From: Mobula hypostoma
Lineage: Eukaryota
Assembly: GCF_963921235.1 (NCBI RefSeq)
Contig: NC_086097.1
Coordinates: 240,314,001 to 240,378,000, forward strand
Length of the DNA stretch: 64,000 nt
Reading direction: 5' to 3'
How positions within the stretch are numbered: the stretch's first letter is position 1; every line of letters begins with the position of its first letter. The notes under the pieces are model-generated. The model ran no database searches. It had not been told where the DNA came from and saw nothing but the letters and a program-made list of their open reading frames with translations. This document shows positions 37,730 to 50,594 of the stretch, in pieces. Position numbers and translations under genes: made by a program.

Positions 37730-38050
37730 ACGGGAGGGAGATGCATTGCTACCAAAGGAGGTGTAAGGTGCTCCTTCCCTCTGCTCGACTGCAGGTCATC
37801 CCGAGAAGAGTCATGTGAAGCCGGGGAGCAGGTGGTGGATGGTCGTATGAGCAGCTGGTGCAAATCACAAGTCTTGGTTATGCAACACTGACGTCAGGCA
37901 AGTAATCTCTGAAGAGTATTGACAGTGGTCGGGGTCAACTGGCCTGTAAAGACACTGGCCGATGCCAAACCATTTCTGTAGAAAAAATTGCCAAGAACAA
38001 TCATGGTCATGAGACCACGATCATCTACATCATGACACAGCACACAATGG
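37730..38050 (+). mobile_element. RTE-related non-autonomous element
   Basis: 3' part gatgccaaaccatttctgtagaaaaaattgccaaga resembles the RTE/BovB-type tail motif. Confidence 0.45.
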
Positions 38051-38588
38051 GTGGTAATCGTGCCCCCCCCACACCCCCTCCCACCGAGGCAAAGTTCATC
38101 TCTACTAATCTACAGGCAGTACTGGAGTTGGAATCAAAATATCATCAATATCACAAGCCATATGAAACTTGGAGAAAACATACGACTGGGCACTTCAATT
38201 CAAGACCTTCCTGAAAGGAGGGAGACCAATTCATGCTGTTCAATTGGAATCTATTTGGTCCAAACTAAGAGGTAATGAAGGGTAGATAACATTGGTGAGA
38301 TTTATTTAACTTTCAGGGACTCACTTTCAAGGACTCTACAACTCATGGGTGACACTGTAGTGTAGTGGTTATTACAATGTGTTACAGTACAGGCGACGTG
38401 GTTTCATTTCCTGCTGCTGACTGTAAGGAGTTTAGATATTCTCCCTGTGACCACACGGGTTTTCCAGGTGCTCCTATTTCCTCTCACAGTACTGGATGAC
38501 CACAGTACTGGTTACTTTGCCATTGTAGGATTGTCCCATGCTTAGGCTAGGGTTAAAGTGGGGGATTGCTGGGCAGCATGGCTTAATG

Positions 38589-38796
38589 CAGGGGTCCCCA
38601 ACCTTTTACGCTCTGCGGACCGGTTTAATATTGACGATATTCTTGCTGGGGGAGGGGTGCAGTGTTCAAGTTCAACAGTGCGTGACAGGGAATGAGGAAA
38701 GGTGCAGCTGACTCATATCGTTTCATATCGCCAAATCATATTGTTTCCTCGCGGCCCGGTCGCATATCTTTGCAGCCCGGTGGTTAGGGACCACTG
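38589..38796. mobile_element. hAT/Charlie-like MITE inserted in a V-SINE (~38345-38850)
   Basis: TIRs caggggtccccaacc / ggttagggaccactg; 8-bp TSD gcttaatg/gcttagtc (6/8 match). Confidence 0.8.
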
Positions 38797-39931
38797 GCTT
38801 AGTCAGCCGAAAGGACCTATTCCATGCTGTATCTCAATAAAAATATAAATAAAATAAAATATTCTCAGTATTATTTATTTTTATTTGCACAATTTGCCTT
38901 CTTTTGCATATTAGTGGCTTGTCAGCCTTTGTTAATGTGTTTTTTTCCATAAATTTTGTTGCATTTCTTTATTTTCCCATAAATGCCTGCAAGAAAATTA
39001 GTCTCAAGGTTGTACATGGTAACATGCAAATACTTACGTACTTCGACAACAAATGTGCTTTGACTTTAATTGAGAGGCCGCCAATCAGCGGTTGTAACAA
39101 AAGAGATGACATGAATAATGAAATTAGAGTGAGGGATTCGTAGGGTTGATGCTCAAAGGGGGCTGGCTATGATTGTGCACAATTCACTGAAAGTCAGCTT
39201 CAGGTGCTACATGGAATTTGGAAAACAATTTGTATGTAAGATTTTATTATGACATGATTAATGAAATCATGAAATACAGGATTAATGAAATATTACTGCA
39301 ACTGCATAAAGCTTTAGTGAGGCAACATCTGTGATGTGATGCCCAGTTTTTTGTCTCTTTACTTAACAAAGGATATACCTGCTGTATAAATGGTGCAGCA
39401 AAAATTCATTGGACAGGTCCATGGATGAAAGGTTTGGTCCAGGCAGGAGTAGACTTGGATCTCACTAAACCTTGCAAAGTTCTTCAACAATTGAGCAAGG
39501 CTGAAGCAGAGCGAACATTTCCACTGGCTAAGGGTTCAAGAATCAGAGTTAACAGCCTTGGAATCACAAACTCCTCCATTATTTTGTGTGGTGTTGCTTG
39601 TCTTAAGAAGATTTTTTTTTCTCTTGTCAGGTGGTCATGAAATGCTCAGTCATTGTAACCAGTAAGTTTCTGGGTGTGAAGTAGTAAGGGTGTATTCAGG
39701 AAAATGGCATTGAGGTGAAAGTTGAGCCATGATGGGTCAAGTGGCCTAATTCTGCTCTAATATCTTATGGTCTTATGAACGGTATATCAGACTCAAAAAG
39801 TCAGATTGCCTATTCCTGCTTAGAAGTTTTATGTTCTTATACTGAGCAAAGCCTACTTCTACCTCCTGAATCCTTTAACTCTTCTGAATTACACCACTGC
39901 ATATACTCAATTAAATGTTTACTTCAAAATA

Positions 39932-41252
39932 CAGTGGATTCCAGATAATTGGGGCACATAGGGACCAGTATATTTACCAATTAAGCAACTGCCCCAATTG
40001 GCCAAAGTTTCATCGAAGTAGTTAAAAAGGTATAAGAAGTACAAACTACCATTTAACTGAGTAACAAATTATGTACTTAAATGAGATACAGAACAAATTA
40101 GAACACTACCAATATTACTACAGTGCTATAAAACTCTGTATTAGTTTGTAATGGTTACTGACCAGGTAATTCATCAAGTGTTTGCTGGCATAGTACTCAA
40201 TTAGTAAACTATCCATTCTTAACCCCTTAAAGCATGAAGGTTTAACTGTTTTCCCAATAACCAGCAATTTCTTGTAATCATTTCCTGAAATATTTGGACA
40301 ACACCACACAGTTATGCAGTCCATTGCTTTCTGTGAACCTGATAGTGTTGCATGTTTGTAGCCAAGGGAATACTCTGGCGTGGCACAATAAAAATTGTTC
40401 TGTTTCATGCGCATTGTGGATATCATCTACGCAAAATTTCCGAAGCAAGTCAGGGAGTTTTGCAGATTGCCATGTTTCTGTTCTTACAGCATCAGCACTA
40501 CCTTTCTAACCACGTTCCTTCTTGAATTTAATATGGTACCTACATTTCCACTGAGGCCACCAACCACCTATTGCTTTAGAGTCTTTGTGATCCAGATTCA
40601 TAGCTAGCTCCTCTGCCCTGTTTTTTTAACATTGGTCCACTGACAAGCACACCTCCTCCAGTTACAATGGAAAGCCACTGATTGAGGACCTCTTCAACAT
40701 CTGAATCCTTACCTTCACGCTGTTGTTTTTGGAATGTTCCCTGTTGACCCTTGTGTAATGCTCGTTCTTCTCGCAGTTTATCTTGCTGATCTATCAAGCT
40801 TGCAATTGGAGATTTTGGCACTCCAGTTATCTCTGCCAGCTGGCGATGAACGGTGTTAGGTGGGTGGTTCTTAATTTGGCCCATTAGGGTATTTTTTTGG
40901 CTAGTGTCAAACCTTTTCATGGCAACGGTCTCAATTTTTAAACAAAATTATAAAAAGCCAAAATGATTTAAAATTACTGCTTTTTGAATCAGCATTTGTC
41001 AGCACAAATGGATGACATAACACATTCATGTGGACCTGATGCAATTATTCACTCTAAGCACGGTGTAGTGTCTAACGGACACACCAGTGCACACACGAAT
41101 GACCATTTCCTGCCCCAGTTAAGTGGCATAGTGTCCAAAGTAAACAAAGGGATTCCTGGCTCTTTTCTCAATTTGTTTTTGTTCTTTAAGAATTGTCCTA
41201 AATAAGTGGCTGCCTCCAATTAACTGATGGCCCAATTAACTGGAATCCACTG
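39932..41252 (-). mobile_element. Tigger/pogo DNA transposon, internally deleted
   Basis: 22-bp TIRs cagtggattccag(a/t)taattggg, TA on both sides; CENP-B-like HTH remnants (RQLAEITGVPKS; VEEVLNQWL..VSGPMLKK) and DDE remnant (ITVWCCPNISG..KKLLVIGK..KPSCFK). Confidence 0.9.
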
Positions 41253-41555
41253 TATTGCATAAAATTTTAACCATTATTTGCAGAACTTTAGTGATCAAAA
41301 TAAGTACGAGCAATCAAAAGACTTTGCTCTAAATGACAACAACAAATGCTAAACTATAAATAGAACAAACAGACTTGAGAGTCCTCACGCAGGATTTCTT
41401 CAAGATTGGCAGCGAGGAAAGGAAATGTAATGTTAGCATTCATTTTAAGAGGACTAGAATACAAAAGCAAGGATGTAATGCTAAGGCTTTATAAGGCATT
41501 GGTCAGACTGCACTTGGATACTGTGGACAGATTTGGGTCTCTTAACTAAGAGAAG

Positions 41556-43830
41556 ATAAGACCATAAGACCATAAGACAAAGGAGCAGAAGTAGGCCATT
41601 TGGCCCATTGAGTCTGCTCCGCCATTTTATCATGAGCTGATCCATTTTCTCCTATTTAGTCCCACTGCCCCGCCTTCTCACTATAACCTTTGATGCCCTG
41701 GCTACTCAGATACCTATCAATCTCTGCCTTAAATACACCCAATGACTTGGCCTCCACTGCTGCCCGTGGCAACAAATTCCATAGATTCACCACCCTCTGA
41801 CTAAAAAAATTTCTTCGCATTTCTGTTCTGAAAGGGCGCCCTTCAATCCTTAAGTCATGCCCTCTCGTACTAGACTCCCCCATCATGGGAAACAACTTTG
41901 CCACATCCACTCTGTCCATGCCTTTTAACATTCGAAATGTTTCTATGAGGTCTCCCCTCATTCTTCTAAACTCCAAGGAATACAGTCCAAGAGCGGACAA
42001 ACGTTCCTCATATGTTAACCCTCTCATTCCCGGAATCATTCTAGTGAATCTTCTCTGTACCCTCTCCAATGTCAGCACATCCTTTCTTAAATAAGGAGAC
42101 CAAAACTGCCCACAGTACTCCAAGTGAGGTCTCACTAGCACCTTATAGAGCCTCAACATCACATCCCTGCTCCTATACTCTATTCCTCTAGAAATGAATG
42201 CCAACATTGCATTCGCCTTCTTCACTACTGACTCAACCTGGAGGTTAACTTTAAGGGTATCCTGTACGAGGACTCCCAAGTCCCATTGCATCTCAGAACT
42301 TTGAATTCTTTCCCCATTTAAATAATAGTCTGCCCGTTTATTCCAGTCTGCCAAAGTGCATAACCATACACTTTCCAACATTGTACTTCATTTGCCACTT
42401 CTCTGCCCATTCTTCCAATCTATCCAAGTCTCTCTGCAGACTTTCCTTTTCCTCAGCACTACCGGCCCCTCCACCTATCTTCGTATCGTCAACAAACTTA
42501 GCCACAAAGCCATCTATTCCATAATCTAAATCGTTGATGTACAATGTAAAAAGAAGCGGCCCCAACACTTATCCCTGCGGAACACCACTGGTAACCGGCA
42601 GCCAACCAGAATAAGATCCCTTTATTCCCACTCTCTGTTTCCTGCCAATCAGCCAACACTCTATCCACGTATGTAACTTTCCCGTAATTCCATGGGCTCT
42701 TATCTTGTTAAGTAGCCTCATATGTGGCACCTTGTCAAAGGCCTTCTGAAAATCCAGATATACAACATCCACTACATCTCCCTTGTCTAGCCTACCGGTA
42801 ATTTCCTCAAAAAATTGTAATAGGTTTGTCAGGCAGGATTTTCCTTTAAGGAATCCATGTTGAGTTCTGCCTATCTTGTCATATGCCTTCAGGTACTCTG
42901 TAACCTCATCCTTGACAATCGACTCCAACAACTTCCCAACCACGGATGTCAAGCTAACAGGTCTATAATTTCCTTTTTGCTACCTTGCCCCCTTCTTAAA
43001 TAGCGGAGTGACATTTGCAATCTTCCAGTCCTCCGGAACCATGTCAGAATCTATCGACTTTTGAAAGATCATCGCTAATGCCTCCGCAGTCTCCACAGCT
43101 ACTTCCTTCAGAACACGAGGGTGCATTCCATCTGGTCCAGGAGATTTATCTACCTTTAGCCTATTCAGCTTCCTGAGTACTTTCTCTGTCGTAATTGTGA
43201 CTGCGCACACTTCTCTTCCCTGCCACCCTTGAGTGTCCGGTATACTGCTGTCTTCCTCAGTGAAGACTGATGCAAAATACTTGTTCAGTTCCTCTGCCAT
43301 CTCCTCATCTCCCATTACAATTTCTCCAGCATCATTTTCTATCGGTCCTCTATCTACTCTCACCTGTCTTTTACTCTTTATGTACTTGAAAAAGCTTTTA
43401 GTATCCTCTTCGATATTATTTGCTAGCTTCCTTTCATAGTTCATCTTTTCTCCCTTAATGACCTTGTTGGTTTCCTTTTGTGAGGTTTTAAAAACTTCCC
43501 AATCCTCTCTCTTCCCACTAATTTTTGCATCCTTGTATGCCCTCTCTTTTGCTTTAACTTTGGCTTTGACTTCTCTTGTCAACCATGGTTGCATCCTTTT
43601 TCCACTCGAAAATTTCTTCTTTTTTGGAATATACCTGTCTTGCACATTCCTCATTTCTCGCATAAACTCCAGCCACTGCTGCTCTGCTGTCTTTCCCGCC
43701 AGTGTCCCTTTCCAGTCAACTTTGGCCGGTTCCTCTCTAATGCCACTGTAATTTCCTTTACTCCACTGAAATACCGACACATCAGATTTCGGCTTCTCTT
43801 TTTCTAATTTCACAGTGAACTCAATCATGT
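41556..43830 (-). mobile_element. 5'-truncated CR1 LINE (subfamily with (ATGGTCTT)n tail); ORF2 broken by stops/frameshifts
   Basis: ORFs 42980-43876, 42569-42952, 42338-42568, 41656-42381: KSPGPDG, QHGFLKGKSCLTNL, YLDFQKAFDKVPH, GVPQG, FVDD. Confidence 0.95.
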
Positions 43831-45644
43831 TAGTTTCTTTCAATTGACTGTTATTTAACAGAAATTTTAAATACAAAAAATGAAGATGCTTGAGGTAGCT
43901 GTTACGTTCTAGATTTTGTTAGGTTGTTGAGGCCAATCCAGGATCGACGTATTCTGGTGCAGTGTGGCTGCTTAGAGGCATTATTAGAATGTTAAGATTT
44001 TTAAGGATATTTAATAGTTGTGTGTTCATGGTATGTGGGTGTTTTGATTATATTAGGGTTGTTATGCTTGTGTTTTAATTACTTATGTGCTCTTTCAGTT
44101 TTAGTTTTTCTTAATCTTTAAACAATAAACTAACCATGACAGCATTTGGCTAGGTTGCACGACACATTAGATGATATACCCAGTTAACTACAGTTGAACG
44201 ATTTAACTGGCTCAAAGGGTCAAGTGACGAGACTAAGGCCTCAAAGGCCTAGATTAATGATTCCAGTTTCAAAATCCAAGACTGATAGCTGAAAAATTTC
44301 AATTCAGTCAATAAAGCCAATCTGGAGTGCAGATCTTGGCTTACTAATGGTGACGATTATAATGTTGGATAGTTGTAAAAGGTTATCTGGTTTATTGTGG
44401 AATGGAACAAATTATTGTTATCAACTCTGGTCTGCAGGTAACATTAAACATACACCAATACATATGACCTTTATCTTCTCTCTGAAGGGATCTTCCAAAC
44501 TGTTACAAAGGATTTGAGAAGCTGCCATTACATCTTCCCTGGTGATCGGTAATACATTTCCTATGAATGAATTAAAGAAAACATTTATTGGCTTAACTTT
44601 GAAAGGATGTTCACAATCTTTATCTGGAGTTTTCATTAAATATACAATGAATGGTGTAAACAAGGTTGGAGGGTACGGAGAAAATTTACAAGGATGTATC
44701 CAGGAATTGAGAACCTGAGTTATAAGGAAAGGCGGAATAGTTTAGGACATTCCTTGGGACGTAGAAGATTGAGGGGAGATTTGATAGACATATGAGGGGT
44801 ATAGATAGGGCAAAAACAAGCAGGCTTTTTCCACTGAAGTTGCTTGGGACTAGAGCCAGAGATCATGGGTTAAGGGTGAAAGATGAAATGTTTAAGAGGA
44901 ACATGAGGGAGAAGTTCATTCAGAGGGTGGTGGGAGTGTGGTCCGAGCTGCCAGTGGAAGTTTGATTTCAACATGTAAGAGAAGTTTGGATAGGTATATG
45001 GATGGGAGGGGTATGGAGGGCCACAGTCCAGATGTGGGTCGATGGGAATAGGTAGAATAATGGTTTGGCATGGACTAGATGGACAAAAGGACCTTTCTCG
45101 GTGCTGTATTATTCCATGACTCTCTAACCCTATGAAACCATTGGCAGAGCCACACATGGAGTACCAAGTACAGTTTTGGCCACCTGTTATAAGAAAGACA
45201 TAGTTAAACTGGAAAAATTGCAGAAAAGATTTAGGAGGATGTTGCCAGTACTAGATAGCCTAAGATACAGGGAGAGGTTGGCCAGGGTAGGTCCTTAGAA
45301 TGTTGGAAAATGAGGGTGAATCATTTTAAGTGCTTAAAATGATGAGAGGCAGTGATAATTATGAGCAGACTCGTTTTGGGCTCTCCTACCTAAAGAAAGG
45401 AATGTTAATATTGTGCACATGTCCACAAGCAGGAATTCCCAGTAACCAAACATTTTAATTCGGATTCCCCATCCCCAATCCGAGAAGTTGATCCATGGCC
45501 TCCTTGCGTGCCAAGAGGAGGCCACTCTCAGAATGGAGGAGCCACACCTCATACTCCGTCTGGATAGCCTCCAACCTGATGGTGTGAATTTCGATTTCTT
45601 CTTTCAGTAAACAAAGTCCCCCACATGCTTCCTCTACTCACCAC

Positions 45645-45830
45645 TGTTGTGTTCTTTATATTCATACATACCGTGGGTTACCAATAAAGAACCACCTTCT
45701 GAAAGAAGTAGAACTTTTATTTAACAACAACCACAACGTTTTTACAATACCATGTTTCTCGATCTTTCTGTCATTCCTGCACATGCTCAGAACTCTCTCC
45801 AAACACATTCTTACATGTCATATCACCACA
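45645..45830. mobile_element. Solo LTR (186 bp)
   Basis: Termini tgttgtg...caccaca; exact 5-bp TSD ACCAC (45640-45644, 45831-45835). Confidence 0.8.
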
Positions 45831-45959
45831 ACCACTTTGACCTTTTACCTCTTTTCACCTGCCTATTACTTCCCTCTGGGTCCCAGACCCTTTCTCCTAT
45901 GGTCCACTCTCTTCTCCTATTAGATTCCATCTTCTCCAGCCCTTGACCTTTCCCTCCCA

Positions 45960-46659
45960 CACCAGTCATTGAAAGTGGGCATGCAGGTACAGCAGGCGGT
46001 GAAAAAGGCGAACGGTATGCTGGCATTTATAGCGAGAGGATTCGAGTACAGGAGCAGGGAGGTACTACTGCAGTTGTACAAGGCCTTGGTGAGACCACAC
46101 CTGGAGTATTGTGTGCAGTTTTGGTCCCCTAATCTGAGGAAAGACATCTTTGCCATAGAGGGAGTACAAAGAAGGTTCACCAGATTGATTCCTGGGATGG
46201 CAGGTCTTTCATATGAAGAAAGACTGGATGAACTGGGCTTGTACTCGTTGGAATTTAGAAGATTGAGGGGGGATCTGATTGAAACGTATAAGATCCTAAA
46301 GGGATTGGACAGGCTAGATGCAGGAAGATTGTTCCCGATGTTGGGGAGGTCTAGAACGAGGGGTCACAGTTTGAGGATAGAGGGGAAGCCTTTTAGGACC
46401 GAGGTTAGGAAAAACTTCTTCACACAGAGAGTGGTGAATCTGTGGAATTCTCTGCCACAGCAAACTGTTGAGGCCAGTTCATTAGCTATGTTTAAAAGGA
46501 AGTTAGATATGGCCCTTGTGGCTACAGGGGTCAGGGGGTATGGAGGGAAGGCTGGGTTCTGAGTTGGATGATCAGCCATGATCATAATAAATGGCGGTGC
46601 AGGCTCGAAGGGCCGAATGGCCTACTCCTGCACCTATTTTCTATGTTTCTATGTTTCTA
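45960..46659 (+). mobile_element. Young 5'-truncated CR1 LINE
   Basis: Intact ORF 45969-46562 with translation identical to the C-terminus of 47328-49088; (tttctatg)n tail. Confidence 0.95.
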
Positions 46660-47227
46660 CCTGGATTCACCTTCACCTTCCAGCTAGGCTCTTTCCCCTC
46701 CCCCCCACCTTTTATTCTGAAATCTTCCCCCTGCCTTCTCAGTCCTGAACAAGGGACCTGGCCCGAAACGTCGAGTGTCTATTCATTTCCATAGATGGTG
46801 CCTGACCTTCTGAGGCCCTCTAGCATTTTGTGTGTATTGCTGTTACTATGGTAACATTCTTTACCTCAAGTAGGAAAGCCCAAAACAAGGAACATAGAAT
46901 TAGGGTGAGAGGAGAAAGATTTAAAAGGAACCTGAGAGTTTTTTTTTCATGCAGTGTGATGAGTATATGCAGCAATAATATCATTTAAGAACCATTTGGA
47001 TTGGTATATGGAAAGGCAGGACTTGGAGAGATATGGGCTGAACACAGGGAATTGGGTCTAGCAGGTGGATATTGTGGTCAGCATGGGCTCATTGGGCAGA
47101 AGAGCCCGTATCCATTCTGTTTTGATCTATAACGCTATGAGCAATTATTCAATGGGATCATGTAATGTTTGTCTGGCTATTGATCACCGAGTTACCACGA
47201 GAAAGCCATAATCTGAGCTTGTGTTTC

Positions 47228-49258
47228 ATAGAAAACATAGAAAACATAGAAAATAGGTGCAGGAGTAGGCCATTCGGCCCTTCGAGCCTGCACCGCCATT
47301 TATTATGATCATGGCTGATCATCCAACTCAGAACCCAGCCTTCCCTCCATACCCCCTGACCCCTGTAGCCACAAGGGCCATATCTAACTTCCTTTTAAAC
47401 ATAGCTAATGAACTGGCCTCAACAGTTTGCTGTGGCAGAGAATTCCACAGATTCACCACTCTCTGTGTGAAGAAGTTTTTCCTAACCTCGGTCCTAAAAG
47501 GCTTCCCCTCTATCCTCAAACTGTGACCCCTCGTTCTAGACCTCCCCAACATCGGGAACAATCTTCCTGCATCTAGCCTGTCCAATCCCTTTAGGATCTT
47601 ATACGTTTCAATCAGATCCCCCCTCAATCTTCTAAATTCCAACGAGTACAAGCCCAGTTCATCCAGTCTTTCTTCATATGAAAGACCTGCCATCCCAGGA
47701 ATCAATCTGGTGAACCTTCTTTGTACTCCCTCTATGGCAAAGATGTCTTTCCTCAGATTAGGGGACCAAAACTGCACACAATACTCCAGGTGTGGTCTCA
47801 CCAAGGCCTTGTACAACTGCAGTAGTACCTCCCTGCTCCTGTACTCGAATCCTCTCGCTATAAATGCCAGCATACCGTTCGCCTTTTTCACCGCCTGCTG
47901 TACCTGCATGCCCACTTTCAATGACTGGTGTATAATGACACCCAGGTCTCGTTGCACCTCCCCTTTTCCTAATCGGCCACCATTCAGATAATAATCTGTT
48001 TTCCTATTTTTGCCACCAAAGTGGATAACTTCACATTTATCCACATTAAATTGCATCTGCCATGAGTTTGCCCACTCACCCAACCTATCCAAGTCACCCT
48101 GCATCCTCTTAGCATCCTCCTCACTGCTAACACTGCCACCCAGCTTCGTGTCATCCGCAAACTTGGAGATGCTGCATTTAATTCCCTCATCCAAGTCATT
48201 AATATATATTGTAAACAACTGGGGTCCCAGCACTGAGCCTTGCGGTACCCCACTAGTCACCGCCTGCCATTCTGAAAAGGTCCCGTTTATTCCCACTCTT
48301 TGCTTCCTGTCTGCTAACCAATTCTCCACCCACACCAATACCTTACCCCCAATACCGTGTGCTTTAAGTTTGCACACTAATCTCCTATGTGGGACCTTGT
48401 CAAAAGCCTTTTGAAAATCCAAATATACCACATCCACTGGTTCTCCCCTATCCACTCTACTAGTTACATCCTCAAAAAATTCTATGAGATTCGTCAGACA
48501 TGATTTTCCTTTCACAAATCCATGCTGACTTTGTCCGATCATTTCACCGCTTTCCAAATGTGCTGTTATCACATCCTTGATAACTGACTCCAGCAGTTTC
48601 CCCACCACCGACGTTAGGCTAACCGGCCTATAATTCCCCGGTTTCTCTCTCCCTCCTTTTTTAAAAAGTGGGGTTACATTAGCCACCCTCCAATCCTCAG
48701 GAACTAGTCCAGAATCTAACGAGTTTTGAAAAATTATCACTAATGCATCCACTATTTCTTGGGCCACTTCCTTAAGCACTCTGGGATGCAGACCATCTGG
48801 CCCTGGGGATTTATCTGCCTTCAATCCCTTCAATTTACCTAACACCACTTCCCTACTAACATGTATTTCGCTCAGTTCCTCCATCTCACTGGACCCTCTG
48901 TCCCTTACTATTTCTGGAAGATTATTTATGTCCTCCTTAGTGAAGACAGAACCAAAGTAATTATTCAATTGGTCTGCCATGTCCTTGCTCCCCATAATCA
49001 ATTCACCTGTTTCTGTTTGCAGGGGACCTACATTTGTCTTTATCAGTCTTTTCCTTTTTACATATCTATAAAAGCTTTTACAGTCCATTTTTATGTTCTC
49101 TGCCAGTTTTCTCTCATAATCTTTTTTCCCCTTCCTAATTAAGCCCTTTGTCCTCCTCTGCTGAACTCTGAATTTCTCCCAGTCCTCAGGTGAGCCACTT
49201 TCTCTGGCTAATTTGTATGCTACTTCTTTGGAATTGATACTATCCCTAATTTCTCTTG
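47228..49258 (-). mobile_element. Young 5'-truncated CR1 LINE with uninterrupted RT domain
   Basis: 586-aa ORF; (catagaaa)n tail; candidate TSD TGTTTC (47222-47227, 49257-49262). Confidence 0.97.
47328..49088 (-). CDS. CR1 ORF2 reverse transcriptase (N-terminally truncated, no endonuclease)
   Basis: NYRPVSLTS, QHGFVKGKSCLTNL, YLDFQKAFDKVPH, GVPQGSVLGP, FADD. Confidence 0.9.
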   Translation of the reverse strand: MDCKSFYRYVKRKRLIKTNVGPLQTETGELIMGSKDMADQLNNYFGSVFTKEDINNLPEIVRDRGSSEMEELSEIHVSREVVLGKLKGLKADKSPGPDGLHPRVLKEVAQEIVDALVIIFQNSLDSGLVPEDWRVANVTPLFKKGGREKPGNYRPVSLTSVVGKLLESVIKDVITAHLESGEMIGQSQHGFVKGKSCLTNLIEFFEDVTSRVDRGEPVDVVYLDFQKAFDKVPHRRLVCKLKAHGIGGKVLVWVENWLADRKQRVGINGTFSEWQAVTSGVPQGSVLGPQLFTIYINDLDEGIKCSISKFADDTKLGGSVSSEEDAKRMQGDLDRLGEWANSWQMQFNVDKCEVIHFGGKNRKTDYYLNGGRLGKGEVQRDLGVIIHQSLKVGMQVQQAVKKANGMLAFIARGFEYRSREVLLQLYKALVRPHLEYCVQFWSPNLRKDIFAIEGVQRRFTRLIPGMAGLSYEERLDELGLYSLEFRRLRGDLIETYKILKGLDRLDAGRLFPMLGRSRTRGHSLRIEGKPFRTEVRKNFFTQRVVNLWNSLPQQTVEASSLAMFKRKLDMALVATGVRGYGGKAGF

Positions 49259-49339
49259 TTTCGACAAGGAAGGATCAATAGAGACATAATCCGGCTTGTT
49301 GAGACAATAAGGGATATAAGTAGAATTGAAAACAGATTA

Positions 49340-49880
49340 CTTATGTGTGTTACTGCACAGGATTGTAAAAAGCTGCAGAGAATTGTAAACTCAGTCACCT
49401 CCATCATGGGCACTGGCCTCCCCAGCATCAAAGGCATTTTCAAAAGGCAATGCCTCAAAAAAGGACCCCCATCATCCATGATGTGCCCTCTTCTCATTCC
49501 GACATCAGGAAGGAGGTACAGTAGCCTGGATACACACACTCAGTGTTTCAGGAACAGCTTATTCCCATCTACCAGCAGATTTCTGAATGGAAAATGAACC
49601 CGTGAGCACGACCTCACAATTTTTGCTCTCTGTTTGCACGAATGATTTAAGAAATGTTGACTTTATTCATGCCCATATATGCTGTCTGACCAGCTGAGTT
49701 CCTCCAGCATTTTGTGTGTGTGTGTTGCTTTGGATTTCCAGCATCCGCAGACTTTCTCATGTTTAGAATTTTTTAATGTATATTTCTTGTTGTAATTCCC
49801 AGTACGGTTTATTTATTGCTGCAGCAGAACAGCAAATTTCACAACACGTGTCATTTATAATAAACCTGATTCTGATTCTG
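49340..49880 (+). mobile_element. Degraded Rex1/Babar 3' end with nested Penelope-derived unit (~49650-49765)
   Basis: QDCKKLQRIVNS..SIMGTGLPSI..SGRRYSSL..CFRNSLFP; ctgattctgattctga tail. Confidence 0.75.
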
Positions 49881-50594
49881 AATATGGAACTGGGGGGTGC
49901 ACATGCAAAATCCGCCAGCCTCAAGAAGGGGTAGAAAGTAGATATTTCCCCCCTCTAAGGTGCAGAAACCGAGAGCCAGTTGTCTGCAAAAGTCATTAAA
50001 AGCAACGGAGATTGCATATACATTTATTTCTCTGATGCCATGATTGAGATCAGGAAATTCAATACACCTCAGGAATTAAAGATTGCAATCACTTGATCAG
50101 GTATAGTTCACCAATTCTCCAGGCAGTCTCGAGCACTTGGTTTTCAGGGTAGCTCAGGCTACATTTGAATGGCAAATACTTAAAGCTATCAAGCTGATCT
50201 TGTCATAAGGTGGTAAGAAATAGTGATAGCCATTGTCACAGGAACAGATTTTTTTCCAGAAAATTAGGTTTTAGTAATAGGGATAAACTCTAATTTATTT
50301 TACATGCTGTGAAGTGCTATTTGGACATTTTTTTCATCATTTGATTCAGTATCTTCATTTATTGCTGGCTATGGGCTGTGAAAGATTCTGTTCACCACAG
50401 ATGGCAAAGGAGCCTGTTGGCTAGATTCTACAACATTATGTTCAAGATAATTTGTCTGTTTTATTATGTTGATCAGCAATTTCCTTGATCTTTCCTGAAT
50501 TGCCTTTGGGCTTGTAACGGACTGTTTATTGAGCTTTGCATGAATTTTCTTCAACAAAGTTTACTTTTCCTCTTACCTCGGGATATTTTTAAGG

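Larger units (their letters stand above)
45420..46845 (+). mobile_element. Degraded Penelope 3' end carrying nested solo LTR and CR1 insertions
   Basis: gaggccactctcagaatggaggagccacacctcatactccgtctggatagcctccaacctgatgg; resumes at ~46660 and ends with terminal repeat gaaacgtcgag..atagatggtgcctgacc. Confidence 0.75.

Noticed and set aside
43870..44105. Possible ancient Penelope GIY-YIG remnant on the minus strand
   Set aside because: Too degraded to support by eye
44488..44548. Possible 61-nt exon (ttctctctgaAG ... GTaata)
   Set aside because: Frame-shifting length, unrecognisable peptide, no supporting neighbouring exons
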